From assembly GCA_041601615.1 (NCBI GenBank), contig JBFIHX010000001.1, positions 320,001 through 384,000 on the forward strand: 64,000 nt of DNA, written 5' to 3'. Each line of letters starts with the position of its first letter. Position 1 is the first letter of the stretch. Positions 31,201-43,200 of this stretch are shown one piece after another. The stretch comes from Thermoplasmatota archaeon. GTDB lineage: Archaea > Thermoplasmatota > E2 > JACPAO01 > JAHFTW01. The notes under the pieces are model-generated. The model was not told the DNA's origin. It saw nothing but the letters and a program-made list of their open reading frames with translations, and searched no databases. Both the position numbers and the translations under genes were made by a program.

Positions 31201-34200
31201 CGAACACGAGCAGGGACTCGAACAGGCTCTGGCCGCGAGCCAGTGGACTCCAGGATTGGATTTCGGGCAGCGGGACGTGTTCGTGGTCGCGCATTTCGAT
31301 CTGTTGTCGTTGCAGGCCCATGAGCCAGTTGGGCACGGTCTCGTTGTCGGGGAGGCGGACGCGCACGGGGAGGGTGTTGATGAACAATCCAACCATGGAT
31401 TCGACGCCGTCGAGTTCTGCGGGGCGGCCGCTGACGGTGGCGCCAAACAGCACGTCGTCGCGGTCGTTGTGGCGGCCGAGGACCACGGCCCAGGCGGCTT
31501 GGAGGACGGTGCTGAGGGTGACGCGGGTCCGGCGGGCGAGGTCTTGCAGGGCCTGGAGGGTGCCCGTGTCGAGGTGGGTGGAGACTTCGCCGGGTAGCAG
31601 GGATTTGGTGCCGGTGGCAAGGTTTGCGGATCCACCTTCGAAGGGCAGGGGCGTTGGAGATTCGAGGCCAGCGAGCGCGTTTTGCCAGTAGGTTTTGGCT
31701 GCGGCGGGGTCTTTGTTTTGCAGGTGGGCTACGAACGCAGAAAACGGCCGGGGCTCGGGGAGTTCTAGCGCTTGGTCTTTGCAGTGGGCGCTGTAGGCTT
31801 GGCCGAGTTCGTCGAGCAAGACGGGGAGGCTCCAGCCGTCGAGGAGGGTGTGGTGGTTGGTCCAGACCATGTGGTGTTGTTCGGGGGCGTGCTGGATGAG
31901 GGCGACGCGCATCAGGGGGGGTGCTGCGAGGTCGAAGCCTCGGATGCGGTCTTCGTCGAGGAACGCTTCCAATCGTGCCTCAAGGGCGGCGGCGGAGTCG
32001 TTGCTCCAGTCGAGTCGTTGGACTTCGAGGGGTGCTTCGTGGTAGACGAGTTGCAGCACTTCGTCGAGGCCTTCCCAGGCAAATGCGGTGCGCAGAATGT
32101 CGTGGCGGGTGACGAGGGTGCGCCAGGCGGCTTCGAGGGCGTCGAGGTTGATGGGTCCGTCGAGGTGGAAGGCGCTTTGTTCGACGTAGACGCCGGTTTC
32201 GGGTTCACGCAGGGAGTGGAAGAGCATGCCTTCCTGCATGGGGGTGAGGGGGTAGGCGTCGGCGACTTGGCTGGTGCGGCCGGCGAGGGCGCGTTGCAGT
32301 TGGGCGGCTGGGGCGCGTACGAGGGGGAAGCGGGCGGCTTCGTTGCTGCCTTGGCGCTCGGCGCGGGCTTTCCAGGTCTGGGCCATGTCTTGCAGGACTT
32401 GTTGGAATCGGTCGGCGACGCGTTGGATGGTTGCTTCGTGGTGGATAGAGTCCGCATACGAAAATCGCATGGACAATTGGCCGTGGGTGACGGCGCCGTT
32501 GAGTTCCAGCACGCGGTTGCGGGCGCCGACTGGTGCTACGTCGTCGCCGTGGGCGTCGTCGAGCATGCGCAGTTTGGCAGGGGGCCCGTCGCTGGGCGCG
32601 TCGTCGAATCGGCCAAGATAATTGAAGGAGACTTCGGGCGCGGCGAGGGCCGCAAGTTGGGCGCGGGCTGCGTTGGGTCCGAGGTATTCGAGGAGGCCGT
32701 GTCCGATTCCTCGGTTGGGGACGGCGCGTAGGGTTTCGCGTACGGCGTCGAGGGTGGCGTCGTTGCTGGTGCCGGGCAGGTCGATGCGCAGGGGGTAGGT
32801 GGTGGTGAACCATCCGACGGTGCGGTTGGTGTCTACGTCGTCGAGGATGTCTTCGCGGCCGTGGCCTTCCATGTCGACGAGGACTTGGTTTTGGCCGGTC
32901 CATTCGGCAAGGGCGGTGGCGAGGGCGGCGAGGAGGGCTTCTTCGGTGCGGGCACCACTGGCGCGGGGTAGGTCGCGAAGGAGTGCTTCGGTGTAGTCGC
33001 GGCCCAAGGTGACGTGGATGTGTTGTTCGTGATCGGTGGTGTTTTCGCCGTCGCTGTCGCGGGGTAGGCGGGTGTCTAGGGTTTGTTGGGTCCAGTAGGG
33101 CAGTTGTGCTTGGAGTTCCTCGTCGTGGGTGGCGTGGTCGACGAGTTTGGTTGCCCAATCACGGAAAGCCGTGGATTTGGGGGGTAGTTCGGCTTCGGGG
33201 TCGGCAAACAGGGTTTCGAGGTCTTCGAGGATGATGCGCCACGAAACGCCATCCACGACCAAGTGGTGCACGGCGATCAGCAGTTTGCGAGGACGTTCGG
33301 CGCCGAGGTCGAAGAGGACGGCGCGCACGTTGTGGCCGGTGGTGGGGTCGAGACTGGCTTGGGCTTCTTGGCAGGCTTCGAGCATCGCGGCGTCGGCGGC
33401 GGCGGCCGAATGGTCTCCGAGTCCGATGCGGGCGTAGGCGTCATGACTCGCGGCGTCGGGGGAAACGTGGTCTTGGGTCCAGCCATTGGCGCCGGATTGG
33501 AAGCGCAATCGTAGTGCGTCGTGGTGGGACAGGATGCGTTGGATGGCCTGTTCTATGGCGGTGTCCGGAACCGAGTCGGCGACTTCGAGCAACACGGACT
33601 GGTTGAAGTGGTGGCGTGCGGGCAGGTCGCGGGCAAAGAACCAGTGCTGAATGGGGGTGAGCGGCACGGTTCCTTCGACGAGTCCTTGCTCGGCTTGCAC
33701 TTCCTTTTCCGTGGCAGCCACGGCGGCGAGGGCGGCTACGGTTTGGTGGTCAAACAGGGCGCGGGTGGTGATGGCGAGGCCGCGTTTTTGGGCCCGGGCG
33801 ACCACTTGGATGCTCAGAATGCTGTCGCCGCCAAGTTCGAAGAAGTTGTCGTGGATGCCGACGCGGGGCACGCGCAGCACTTCTTGCCAGACTTTGGCAA
33901 GTTCCGCTTCGCGGGGGGTGCGAGGTGCTACGAAGGTGGCGCTGCTGGTGAGGGCCGAGGCGCTTGGGTCGGGAAGGGCGCGGCGGTCGACTTTGCCGTT
34001 GGGTGTGAGCGGCAGGGCGTCGAGGACCACGAACGCAGAGGGGACCATGTGGCCGGGGAGCCTAGTTTCGAGGTGTTGCCGGCAGGTGGCTGCGTCGGTG
34101 TTGCCGGTGAGGTAGGCGACGAGTCGTTTGTCGCCGGGTACGTCTTCGCGCGCCATGACGATGACCTCCGAAACGTCAGGGTGTTCGAGGAGCGTGGATT

Positions 34201-37200
34201 CCACTTCTCCGAGCTCGATGCGGTAGCCGCGGATCTTGACTTGGTGGTCGATGCGGCCCAAGAATTCCAGTTGGCCGTCGGCCAGGCGGCGTACGAGGTC
34301 GCCGGTGCGGTAGAGTCGAGCACCTGGTTTTTCGGGGTGCGGGATGAATCGGTCGGCGGTGAGTTCGGGGCGGTTGTGGTAGCCTCGTGCGAGGCCTGCT
34401 CCGCCGGCGTGCAGTTCGCCGGGGACTCCGATGGGCACGGGTCGGCCGTTGGCGTCGAGTACGTGGGCTTCCATGTTGGGAAGTGGGTGGCCGATGGGCA
34501 GGACGCGGCGTGGGGGGTCTTCGGCAAAGTGCGCGGTGACGCAGACGCTGGTTTCGGTGGGTCCGTACGCGTTGACGAATCGGCGGCCTTTGCTCCAGTG
34601 TTGCACGAGGGGCGGGGCGCAGGCTTCTCCGGCGACGATGAGGGTGTGGAGGCGAGGAAAATCGGTGTTGGTGTCGAGGGTGGCAAGTGCCGTGGGAGGG
34701 AGTGTTGCGAGGGTGATGTGTTGGTCTTGGAGCATGTGGGCCAGGTCGTCTCCGGCGAGGGTTGTGCCGGCGGAAGGGAGGACGAGGGCGGCGCCGTGTG
34801 TGAGGGCCATGAGCCATTCCCAGACGCTGGCGTCGAAGCTTGCGGAGGCAAATTGTAGGACGCGGTCGCCTGGGCCGGGGGCAAATAGGACGCCGTGGGA
34901 CATGGCGAGGTTTGCGGCTCCCAGATGCTCGAGGAGGACACCTTTGGGTTGGCCGGTGCTGCCGCTGGTGTAGATGATGTACGCGAGGTCGTCGGGCGCA
35001 ACGACGGGGAGTGCTACGGCTTCAGCGGGATCATTGGATCCGGGTCCGTCGAGCAGGTACAATCGGTCGCCGTCCACGGGCAATCGTTCGGCGAGGTCTG
35101 TGTGGGTCAAGACGAGGCGGGGGGCTGCGTCTTCGATCATGAATGCGAGTCGTTCGCGGGGGTAGGACGGGTCGAGGGGAATGTAGGCAGCACCGGCTTT
35201 CAAGACGGCGAGGACTGCAATGGTGGTGTCGAGGGAGCGCCTGGTGGAGATGCCGACGAGGTCGCCGTGGCGAATGCCGAGGCCGATGATGCGGTGGGCA
35301 AGGTGGGTGGATGCGGTGTCCAATTCTGCATACGTCAATTCGGCGTCGCCTTGGATGAGGGCGGGCGCGTCCGGGGTGGCTTGTGCTTGGGCCGAGAACA
35401 TGGTGTGCAACACGGCGGGCTCAGGCAGTGCGCGTTTGGTTTGGTTCCAGGATTCGATTTGTGCTTCTTCGGCGGCTTCCAGCATGGATGCATGGGCCAC
35501 GGCGCGGTCGGGTTCGGCCACCATGGCAGCGAGGAGAGCCGTGAAGTGGGTCGCCATGCGCTCGGCGGTTTCGGGGGCAAAGAGGTCGGTGCTGTATTCG
35601 AGGAATCCGTCCATTTCTGCCGCGTCGTCGCCGTCGGTGAGTGCGAGGGTGAGGTCGAATTTTGCGGTCTCGGCGGGGACATGGAAGTGGCTCCATTGCA
35701 GTTCGTTGGGGCCCGGTTCGCTCGGGGTTTGGGCGCTGGCTTGGAGTAGGAAGGCAACTTGGAACAGGGGGGTTCGGTCGAGTTCGCGGGCGATGCCGAG
35801 TTCTTCGACGACGTGTTCGAGGGGCGCTTCTTGATGGGCGTAGGCGTTCAGTGCTGTGGTTTTTGCCTGGGCAAGCAGGGTGCGGAAGGAGGGCGTGTCG
35901 GAGAAGTCGGCGCGGAGGGCGAGGGTGTTGACGAAGAATCCGATGAGGTTGTGGGTTTCTTCGTGGTCGCGTCCGGCGATGGGGGTGCCGACGGCGAAGT
36001 CCTCTTGGCCGGAGTAGCGGTGCAGGAGGGATTGCCATGCGGCGAGGAGGCCCATGTGCAGGGTTGCTCCGGTGTCGTTGCAGAGGGAGCGGAGGCCGTC
36101 GAGGACGGTGCCGGGGATGCGAACGGGTGTTGTTGCGCCGTGGTTGGTGGGGGCGGCAGGCCGTGCGTGGTCGGTGGGCAAGTCGAGGGGCGGTAGGCTA
36201 GCTAGTTGTTGTTTCCAGTAGGCGAGTTGGTCGTCGAGTGTGCCGGCTTCGAGGCGGCTGCGCGTGGCGGCTGCGTGTTGTGCGTAGGTGCGTGGGAGGT
36301 TTTTGAAGCGGGGCGGGGCGCCTTGGATGCGTGCGTGGTAGGCGAGGCGTAGGTCGGCTAGGAGTACGTCTTCGCTCCATTCGTCGAAGGCGATGTGGTG
36401 GACGCCGATGAGCAGGATGTGGTGTTCGGGGGCGAGGGTTACGAGGGTGGCGCGCACGATCGGGCCGGTGGCGAGGTCGAATGGTTCGTGGGCGGCGTCT
36501 TGGAGGATGCAGCGGGCGTCTTCCTCGTCTTCGGCTTTGATGATTTGGAGGGGGATTTGGTCTTCGGCTAGGAGTTTGGGAGTGGGTATGCCGTGGTCGT
36601 TGCGGGGGAATATGGTGCGCAGGGTAGGGTGGCGGTGGATGACTTCGCCCAGTGCTTGTTGTAGGACGGCGGTGTCGAGGGGGCCTTGGATGCGGCGCAG
36701 TACGGCCATGTTGTATGCGGCGCTTGCGGGGTCCAGGTCGTGCAAGAACAGCATGCGTTGTTGTTGGAAGCTGATGCTGCCTGTTGCGTCCGAGGCGTCG
36801 TTTGCGTCGTTGGCTTCGTGTAGGCTGTCTACGAGGGCGGCTTGGGCTTCGAGAGTCAAGGCCGCAAGGAGGTCGCGCAGAGGTACTTCCACGGCGAGAA
36901 CGCTGCGGATGCGGCTTGCGAGTCTGGTGGCAAGCAAGGAGTGTCCGCCGCGTTGGAAGAAGTGGTCGTGGACGGTTACGTTGGAGACTTGCAGGAGATC
37001 TTGCCAGAGTTCGGCCAGTGCTTGCTCGGTGTCGGTGCGGGGCGCTACGAGTTTGGCGTCGTATCCGGGGGCGGTGGCGGGGTCGACGGATTCGGGCGCG
37101 GGGAGTGCTGCTAGGTCGATTTTTTTGTTCGGGGTGAGGGGCAGTTCGTCCAGGGTGACGAAGGTGGACGGGACCATGTGTTGGGGTAGTCGCTTGCCGA

Positions 37201-40200
37201 GGGCTTTGCGAAGGCCGCTTGCATCAAAGCCTGGTTCCATGGCGACGTAGGCGACGAGCCTTGCGCTGCTTCCGGCTGTGCTGTGGGCGACCACGGCGGC
37301 TTGTTGGACTCCGGGTTCTTGGCGTAGGGCGTGTTCGATGTCGCCGGGTTCGATGCGGAAGCCGCGTACCTTGAGTTGGCGGTCCATGCGGCCGTGAAAC
37401 AGCAGCGTTCCGTCGGGGGCCCAGCTTGCTAGGTCGCCGGTTCGGTACATGCGCTTGCCGGGTTCGAATGGATCTTCTACGAATTTCTCGGCGGTCAATT
37501 CGGGTCGTTCGAGATAGCCGGCGCCAACGCCTGCTCCGGCAAGGCACAGTTCTCCGCGTACACCCACGGGGGCGAGTTGGTTTTGGGGGTCGAGGATGTA
37601 GGCGCGGGTGTTGGCGAGGGGGCGGCCGATGGGCATGGCCGCTTCGTCTCCGGTTACGGGGTGGATCGTGGACCAAATGGTGGTCTCGGTGGGTCCGTAG
37701 ACGTTCCACAGGGAGGCTGTTCGTGATCGAAGCGATTGGGCAAGGTCCATGGGGAGGGCTTCGCCGCCGCACAGGGCGCGTAGGTTGGGATTTCCGCCCC
37801 AGTCTTCATCGACGAGCATGCGCCAGGTTGCGGGGGTTGCCTGCATCAGGTTCGCGTTGTCGGCAAGCGGTGCAAGGTACCGTGGGTCCGTGGCTTGTTT
37901 CTTGGTGGCGAGGACGATGGTGGCGCCGCTTACGAGGGGCAAGAACAGTTCCAGTGCGGCGATGTCGAAGCTGATGGTGGTGACGGCGAGCAGTCGGTCC
38001 GTGGATTGTACGTCGAGTTGGGCGCGGAAGGCTCCGAGGAGGTTGCGCAGTGCTTCGTGGCCGACCATGACGCCCTTGGGGGTGCCGGTGCTGCCGCTGG
38101 TGTGCAGGACGTACGCTAGGTCGGTGGAAAGATCCGTGCGGGGGGCAATGTGGACGTCGTTGTCGGTTTCGGGGGCGTCCACGGCGAGGCGGATGCAAGA
38201 GGACGGCAGCGCGTTTCGAGTGGATGTTGTGCAGAGGACGAGTTGGATGTCTGCGTCGGCGAGCACGAGGGCGGTGCGGGAGGCGGGGTGGTCGGGATCC
38301 AGGGGAACGTAGGCAGCACCTACGCGGTGGACGGCAAGCAGGCTGGCGACTAGGTCGAATCCGCGCGGCATGCAGACGGCGACCATGGTTCCGGGTCCGG
38401 CGCCTCGTGCTTGGATGCGTGCGGCGATGGCGTCCACGCGGGTGTTCAGGGCTTGGTAGGTGCAGGGGATGCCTTCGCATTCGATTGCGACTGCATTGGG
38501 GGTTTGTGTTGCGTGGTTGCGCACGGCGGCCTCGGCGGATACGGCCATGATGGGCGTTGCATCGGGGTTGAAGGCAAGCAAGCTCGATGCTTCAGCGGGG
38601 GATTGGAGGGGCAGGTTGCCTACGGGGGTGTTGGGTTCTGTGATGGCGGCGTCTAGGAGGTGCTGGAAGGATGCTGCGAATCGTTGGGCCCATGCGGCGT
38701 CGAAGAGGTCGGTGCTGTATTCGAGGCTGGCACGGATTCCGGCGGGGGTGTCTTGCACGAACAGCGATACGTCGAATTTGCTGGTTGGTGTTGGCACCAT
38801 CCATGTTTCCATGTGGAGGCCGGGGATGGCGTCCATGTTGGTGTTGGCGTGTTCGAAGGAGAAGAATGCGTGCGCGAGTTCGCCCGTGGCGTGGGGGCGT
38901 TGGGCGTGTATGTGGCTGGCTAGTTCGGCGTAGGCTACGTCGTGTGCGTAGGCTTCGCTGCATGTGGCTCGGACGTTTGTGAGGTGGTTTTGGAAGGTTT
39001 GCGCTGCGTCAAGGTGGGCGGGAATGGCGAGGGTGTTGACGAACATCCCCACGACGTTGTTCCAGTGCTCGGAGGGTCGGCCGGAGCTTGGGGCGGCGAC
39101 GGCAAAATCGATTTGTCCGCTGAATCGATGCAGGGTCGCTTGGAAGGCCGCCAGGAGCGTCATGAAGGGGGTCGCGGAGGCGGAGGCAGAGACTGCTTGG
39201 AGTTGCGGGCGGGGAACTTGGAGTTTGAAGTGGTGGTGGGCGCCGTGGAACGTGCGGGTGGCGGGCGCTGCATGCGTGGTGGGAAGATCGAGGGGCCGAG
39301 CGGCAAGGAGCCTTTGGCTCCAGGATTCGAGCGCGGCTCGCTTTGGGGCGGGGTCTTGGTGGGCTTGCCAGTGGGCGAAGTCTCCGTATTGTAGCTCGGC
39401 GGGGCCCATGCTTGGCTCGCCGTTGCGGGCGGCTGTGTATGCGGCGCCGAGGTCGTTTAGGAGGACCTGGTGGGAGTGTTCGTCGAAGGCAAAGTGGTGC
39501 AGGACCAGCAGGAGTACGTGGTCGTCGTCGGCGCGGCACAGGAGGGTGGCTCGAAGGACGGGGCCGTGTTGTAGGTCGAAGGGCTGGGCGGCCGATTCGT
39601 CCATGATGGCATGGAGCCGTTCGGTTTGTGGGTCCGTTTCGAGGGTGCGAAGGTCGTGGAATGCGAGGTCCACTTGGGCTTCGCTGGCGTCGAGTACGAC
39701 TTGCACGGGGGCGCCTTCTGCCTCCAAGACCACGGTGCGAAGTGCTTCATGCTTGGTGACGACGGCTTGAATGGCGGCGCCGAGGGCGTCTCTGTCGAGG
39801 CTTCCCGTGAGTTGGTGCGCGAAGGCCATGTTGTAGGCGGCGCTTGTGGGGTCCATTTGGTGCAGGAACCACATGCGTTCTTGTGCCGGGGAGAGCGGGA
39901 GTCCGGTGCGGTTGGCGAGGGGTTCGGGACGGGGTTCGTCGGGGCCTGCATCGATGGCGAGGGCCTGGTCGATGGCGGTGGCGAGGTCTCGTAGTTTTGG
40001 GGTTGCGAAAACGTGGCGCAGGGGCAGCGTGATTCCTTGGTCTTCGCGGATGCGGGCGACTAGACGTGTTGCTAGGAGGCTGTGTCCGCCGAGTGCAAAA
40101 AAGTCGTCTGCTCGGCCTACGTTTTCGACGCCAAGCACCTCTTTCCAGAGGGCCGCGAGCGCGTGTTCCGTGGCGGTTTGAGCCGGTTCGTGGGTGGCGG

Positions 40201-43200
40201 TTCGTGCCAGGTGGTCTTCGTCGGGGGCGGGGAGTTTCGCGGTGTCCACTTTGCCGTTGGGCAGAAGCGGAATGGCGGGGAGGGTCACGAAGGCTGCCGG
40301 GACCATGTGGCTGGGCAGTTGTGCCGCAAGGTGCTGGCGAAGGAGGGCCGGGAGCTCCGGTTCGTCGGGCGTTTTGGCGACGACGTAGGCAACGAGGCGT
40401 GGTTCTGCTTGACTCCGATGGACGCTGACGACGGCGTTGGTGACTTGTTTGTGGCTGCGCAGGGCTACTTCGATTTCGCCGGGTTCGATGCGGAAGCCGC
40501 GGATTTTGACTTGGCGATCGATGCGGCCCAGGTAGTCGAGGGTGCCGTCGGGCAGCCAGCGCACGAGGTCGCCTGTGCAGTAGGTGCGGGTGCCGTCGGG
40601 AGCCGTCAGGAATTTTTCGGCGCTGAGCTCGGGCCGTCCCAGGTAGCCAGTGGCAACACCGTGGCCTTGGATGCGCAGTTCGCCGGGAACACCGGGCAGA
40701 GTGAGGTTGCCGTGGCGGTCGACGACGGTCAAGGTTGTGCCGGGTACGGCGGTTCCGATCGGGATGCGTGGCGCGTCGAGGTCTTGGGGCCGGACACGGT
40801 GCGCGGTGCTGTAGATGGTGGTCTCGGTGGGGCCGTAGCCGTTGTAGAGCTGGGCGGCGCGGGCGAGGATGGCGCGCGATAGGTCTGGTGCGAGGGGTTC
40901 GCCGCCGCTGAGTGCCCGGAGTCGCCGGTGGGATTCGGGGACTTTGGGCCAGCCGGCGTCCACGAGCATGCGCCAAGTTGCGGGGGTTGCCTGCATCAGG
41001 GTCGCGGTGGGAACGAGTGCTGCGAGGGCTTCGGAGTCGCGGGCGGTTTCGCGCGAGACAAGCGAAAGGGTTGCGCCGGTGATGAGGGGCAGCAAGAGTT
41101 CCATGGTGCCGATGTCGAAGCTGAGGGTCGTGATGCTCAGCAAGGTGTCCTCGGGGGTTACTTCGAGGCGGTTTTGCATGGCCGCGAGGAGGTTGCAGAG
41201 GGCGCCGTGGTGGATGGGGGTGCCTTTGGGTTGGCCGGTGCTGCCGCTGGTGTAGAGTACGTAGGCGGTGTCTTCGGACGCGACGGCCGCGGGCGCAAAT
41301 TCGTTGCCTACCTGCATCGTGGAGTCGGCGGCGGGCATGGGGACGCGGCGGGCGTCGCTGGCGGGCAGAACGTCGTCGAGTCCGGTGCCCATCAGGACGT
41401 GGCTGGCGCCGCTGTCTTGGAGCATGAACGCGAGTCTTTCTTTCGGGTACGCGGGGTCGAGGGGGAGGTAGGCGGCGCCGCATCGCAGGACGGCGAGGAC
41501 GGCGGCGACGAGATCCGGGCTGCGTTCGGAGCAAAGGCCCACGAGTGCACCGGGGCGGACGCCGGCTGCTTGTAGGGTGGCGGCGAGGACGGTGGCTCGC
41601 TCGTCCAATTCCTGGTAGGTCCAGGCTTCCGGCGCCATCTGGATGGCGATCTTGTCCGGGTGCTGCTGGGCTGTCTGGGCAATCCATTCGTGGACGGTGT
41701 GCGTGGGTGTCGGAAGGGCCGGTGTGGTTCCTAGGGCGAGGAGCCGGGCTTGTTCATCCTCATCCAGCAGGGCCAACTGAGCGAGGGGGGCGTCGGGAGA
41801 TGCGCAGGCGCTTTTCATCAATTGTTCCAAGTGCTGGGCCATGCGAGCGATGGTGGATTCGTCAAACAGGTCGGTGCTGTATTCGATCCAGCCCTGGAAT
41901 CCATCCGGGTCGTCGAGCATGTACAGGGACAAGTCGAATTTGCTTGTGGGGCTGACGACGAATTGAGCTTCCATGTCGAGGCCGTGCGGCTTCGGGGTTT
42001 CGTCGAGGGTGTTTTGCAGCGAAAACAGGGCCTGAAACAGGGGCGTCCGGCTTGGGTCGCGTTCGGGTTGGACCGCTTCGACGACGTGTTCGAAAGGAAC
42101 ATCTTGGTGGCTGTAGGCTTCGAGGCAGGTGCTGCGGGTGCGGGAAAGGAATTCTCGGTAGGAGGGCGCTCCCGTGAAGTCGGCGCGCAGAACGAGGGTG
42201 TTGACAAAGAATCCAATCAAGTCCTCGGTGTCTTTGTGGGTGCGGCCGGAAACGGGAGAGCCCGTGGCCAGATCATCTTGTCCTGAGTACCGGTGCAGGA
42301 GCGATTGGAAGGCGGCAAGGAGCCCCATGTAGACCGTGACGTTTTCGCTTCGACACAGGTCCCGGAACCGCTGGCTGACCGTGGCGGGCAGCCGGAACGA
42401 ATGCATGGTGCCCTGGGAGCCGTGCACGGCGGGCCTAGGGCGATCCGTGGGAAGATCGAGAGCTGGGAGGCCCGACAATTTGGTCTTCCAGTAGTTCAAG
42501 TGCGCTTCGGAGCCGGTTTTGGGTAGGTTGCGTTGCCAGGCGGCGTAGTCGGCGTATTGAATCCGGGGCTCGGGAAGGGGTGCGGTTTCCTTTTGGGTCG
42601 CGGCGGCGGTGTAGTGGGCCGCGAGTTCTTGCTGGAATCGCAGTTCGCTGCCTTCGTCGAAAGCAACGTGGTGGACGGTGACGAGTAATTCGTGGTCTTC
42701 GGCGCCGAGACGCAGCAACCGAGCCCGGAGGACGGGTCCGGTCGTGGGGTCGATGGGCTCTTGGGTTTCCTCAAGTCCGTGCTGGTTGCGGGCTGCTTGT
42801 TGCGCTTCCGGGGCCAGGTCTTGCAGATCATGCAGGGGCAAGGGTACCGAAGCGGCGGGATGGACTACCTGGACGGGACCGTTTGCACCTGCCTCGAACG
42901 TGGTGCGAAGGACACTGTGGCGGCGCACGATCGCGGCAAGTGCCTGCTCGAGTGCCGGGATCTGCAAGGGGCCGCGCATGCGGTAGGCGTTGACCATGTT
43001 GTATGCAGCATTTTTTGGGTCCAATTCGTGCAGAAACCAGAGCCGTTGCTGCGCGTAGGACAGCGGCGCTGGAGCTGCAGGGTCGATCCGTGGAATCGAA
43101 AGCAACGCCGGCTTTGGGCCCTTTTTTTGCACCCATTTTGCCAGCAATGCCGCCTTTGCCTCCGAGAGGACGGACGGGTCAGATGCGGGTTTTTTTGACA

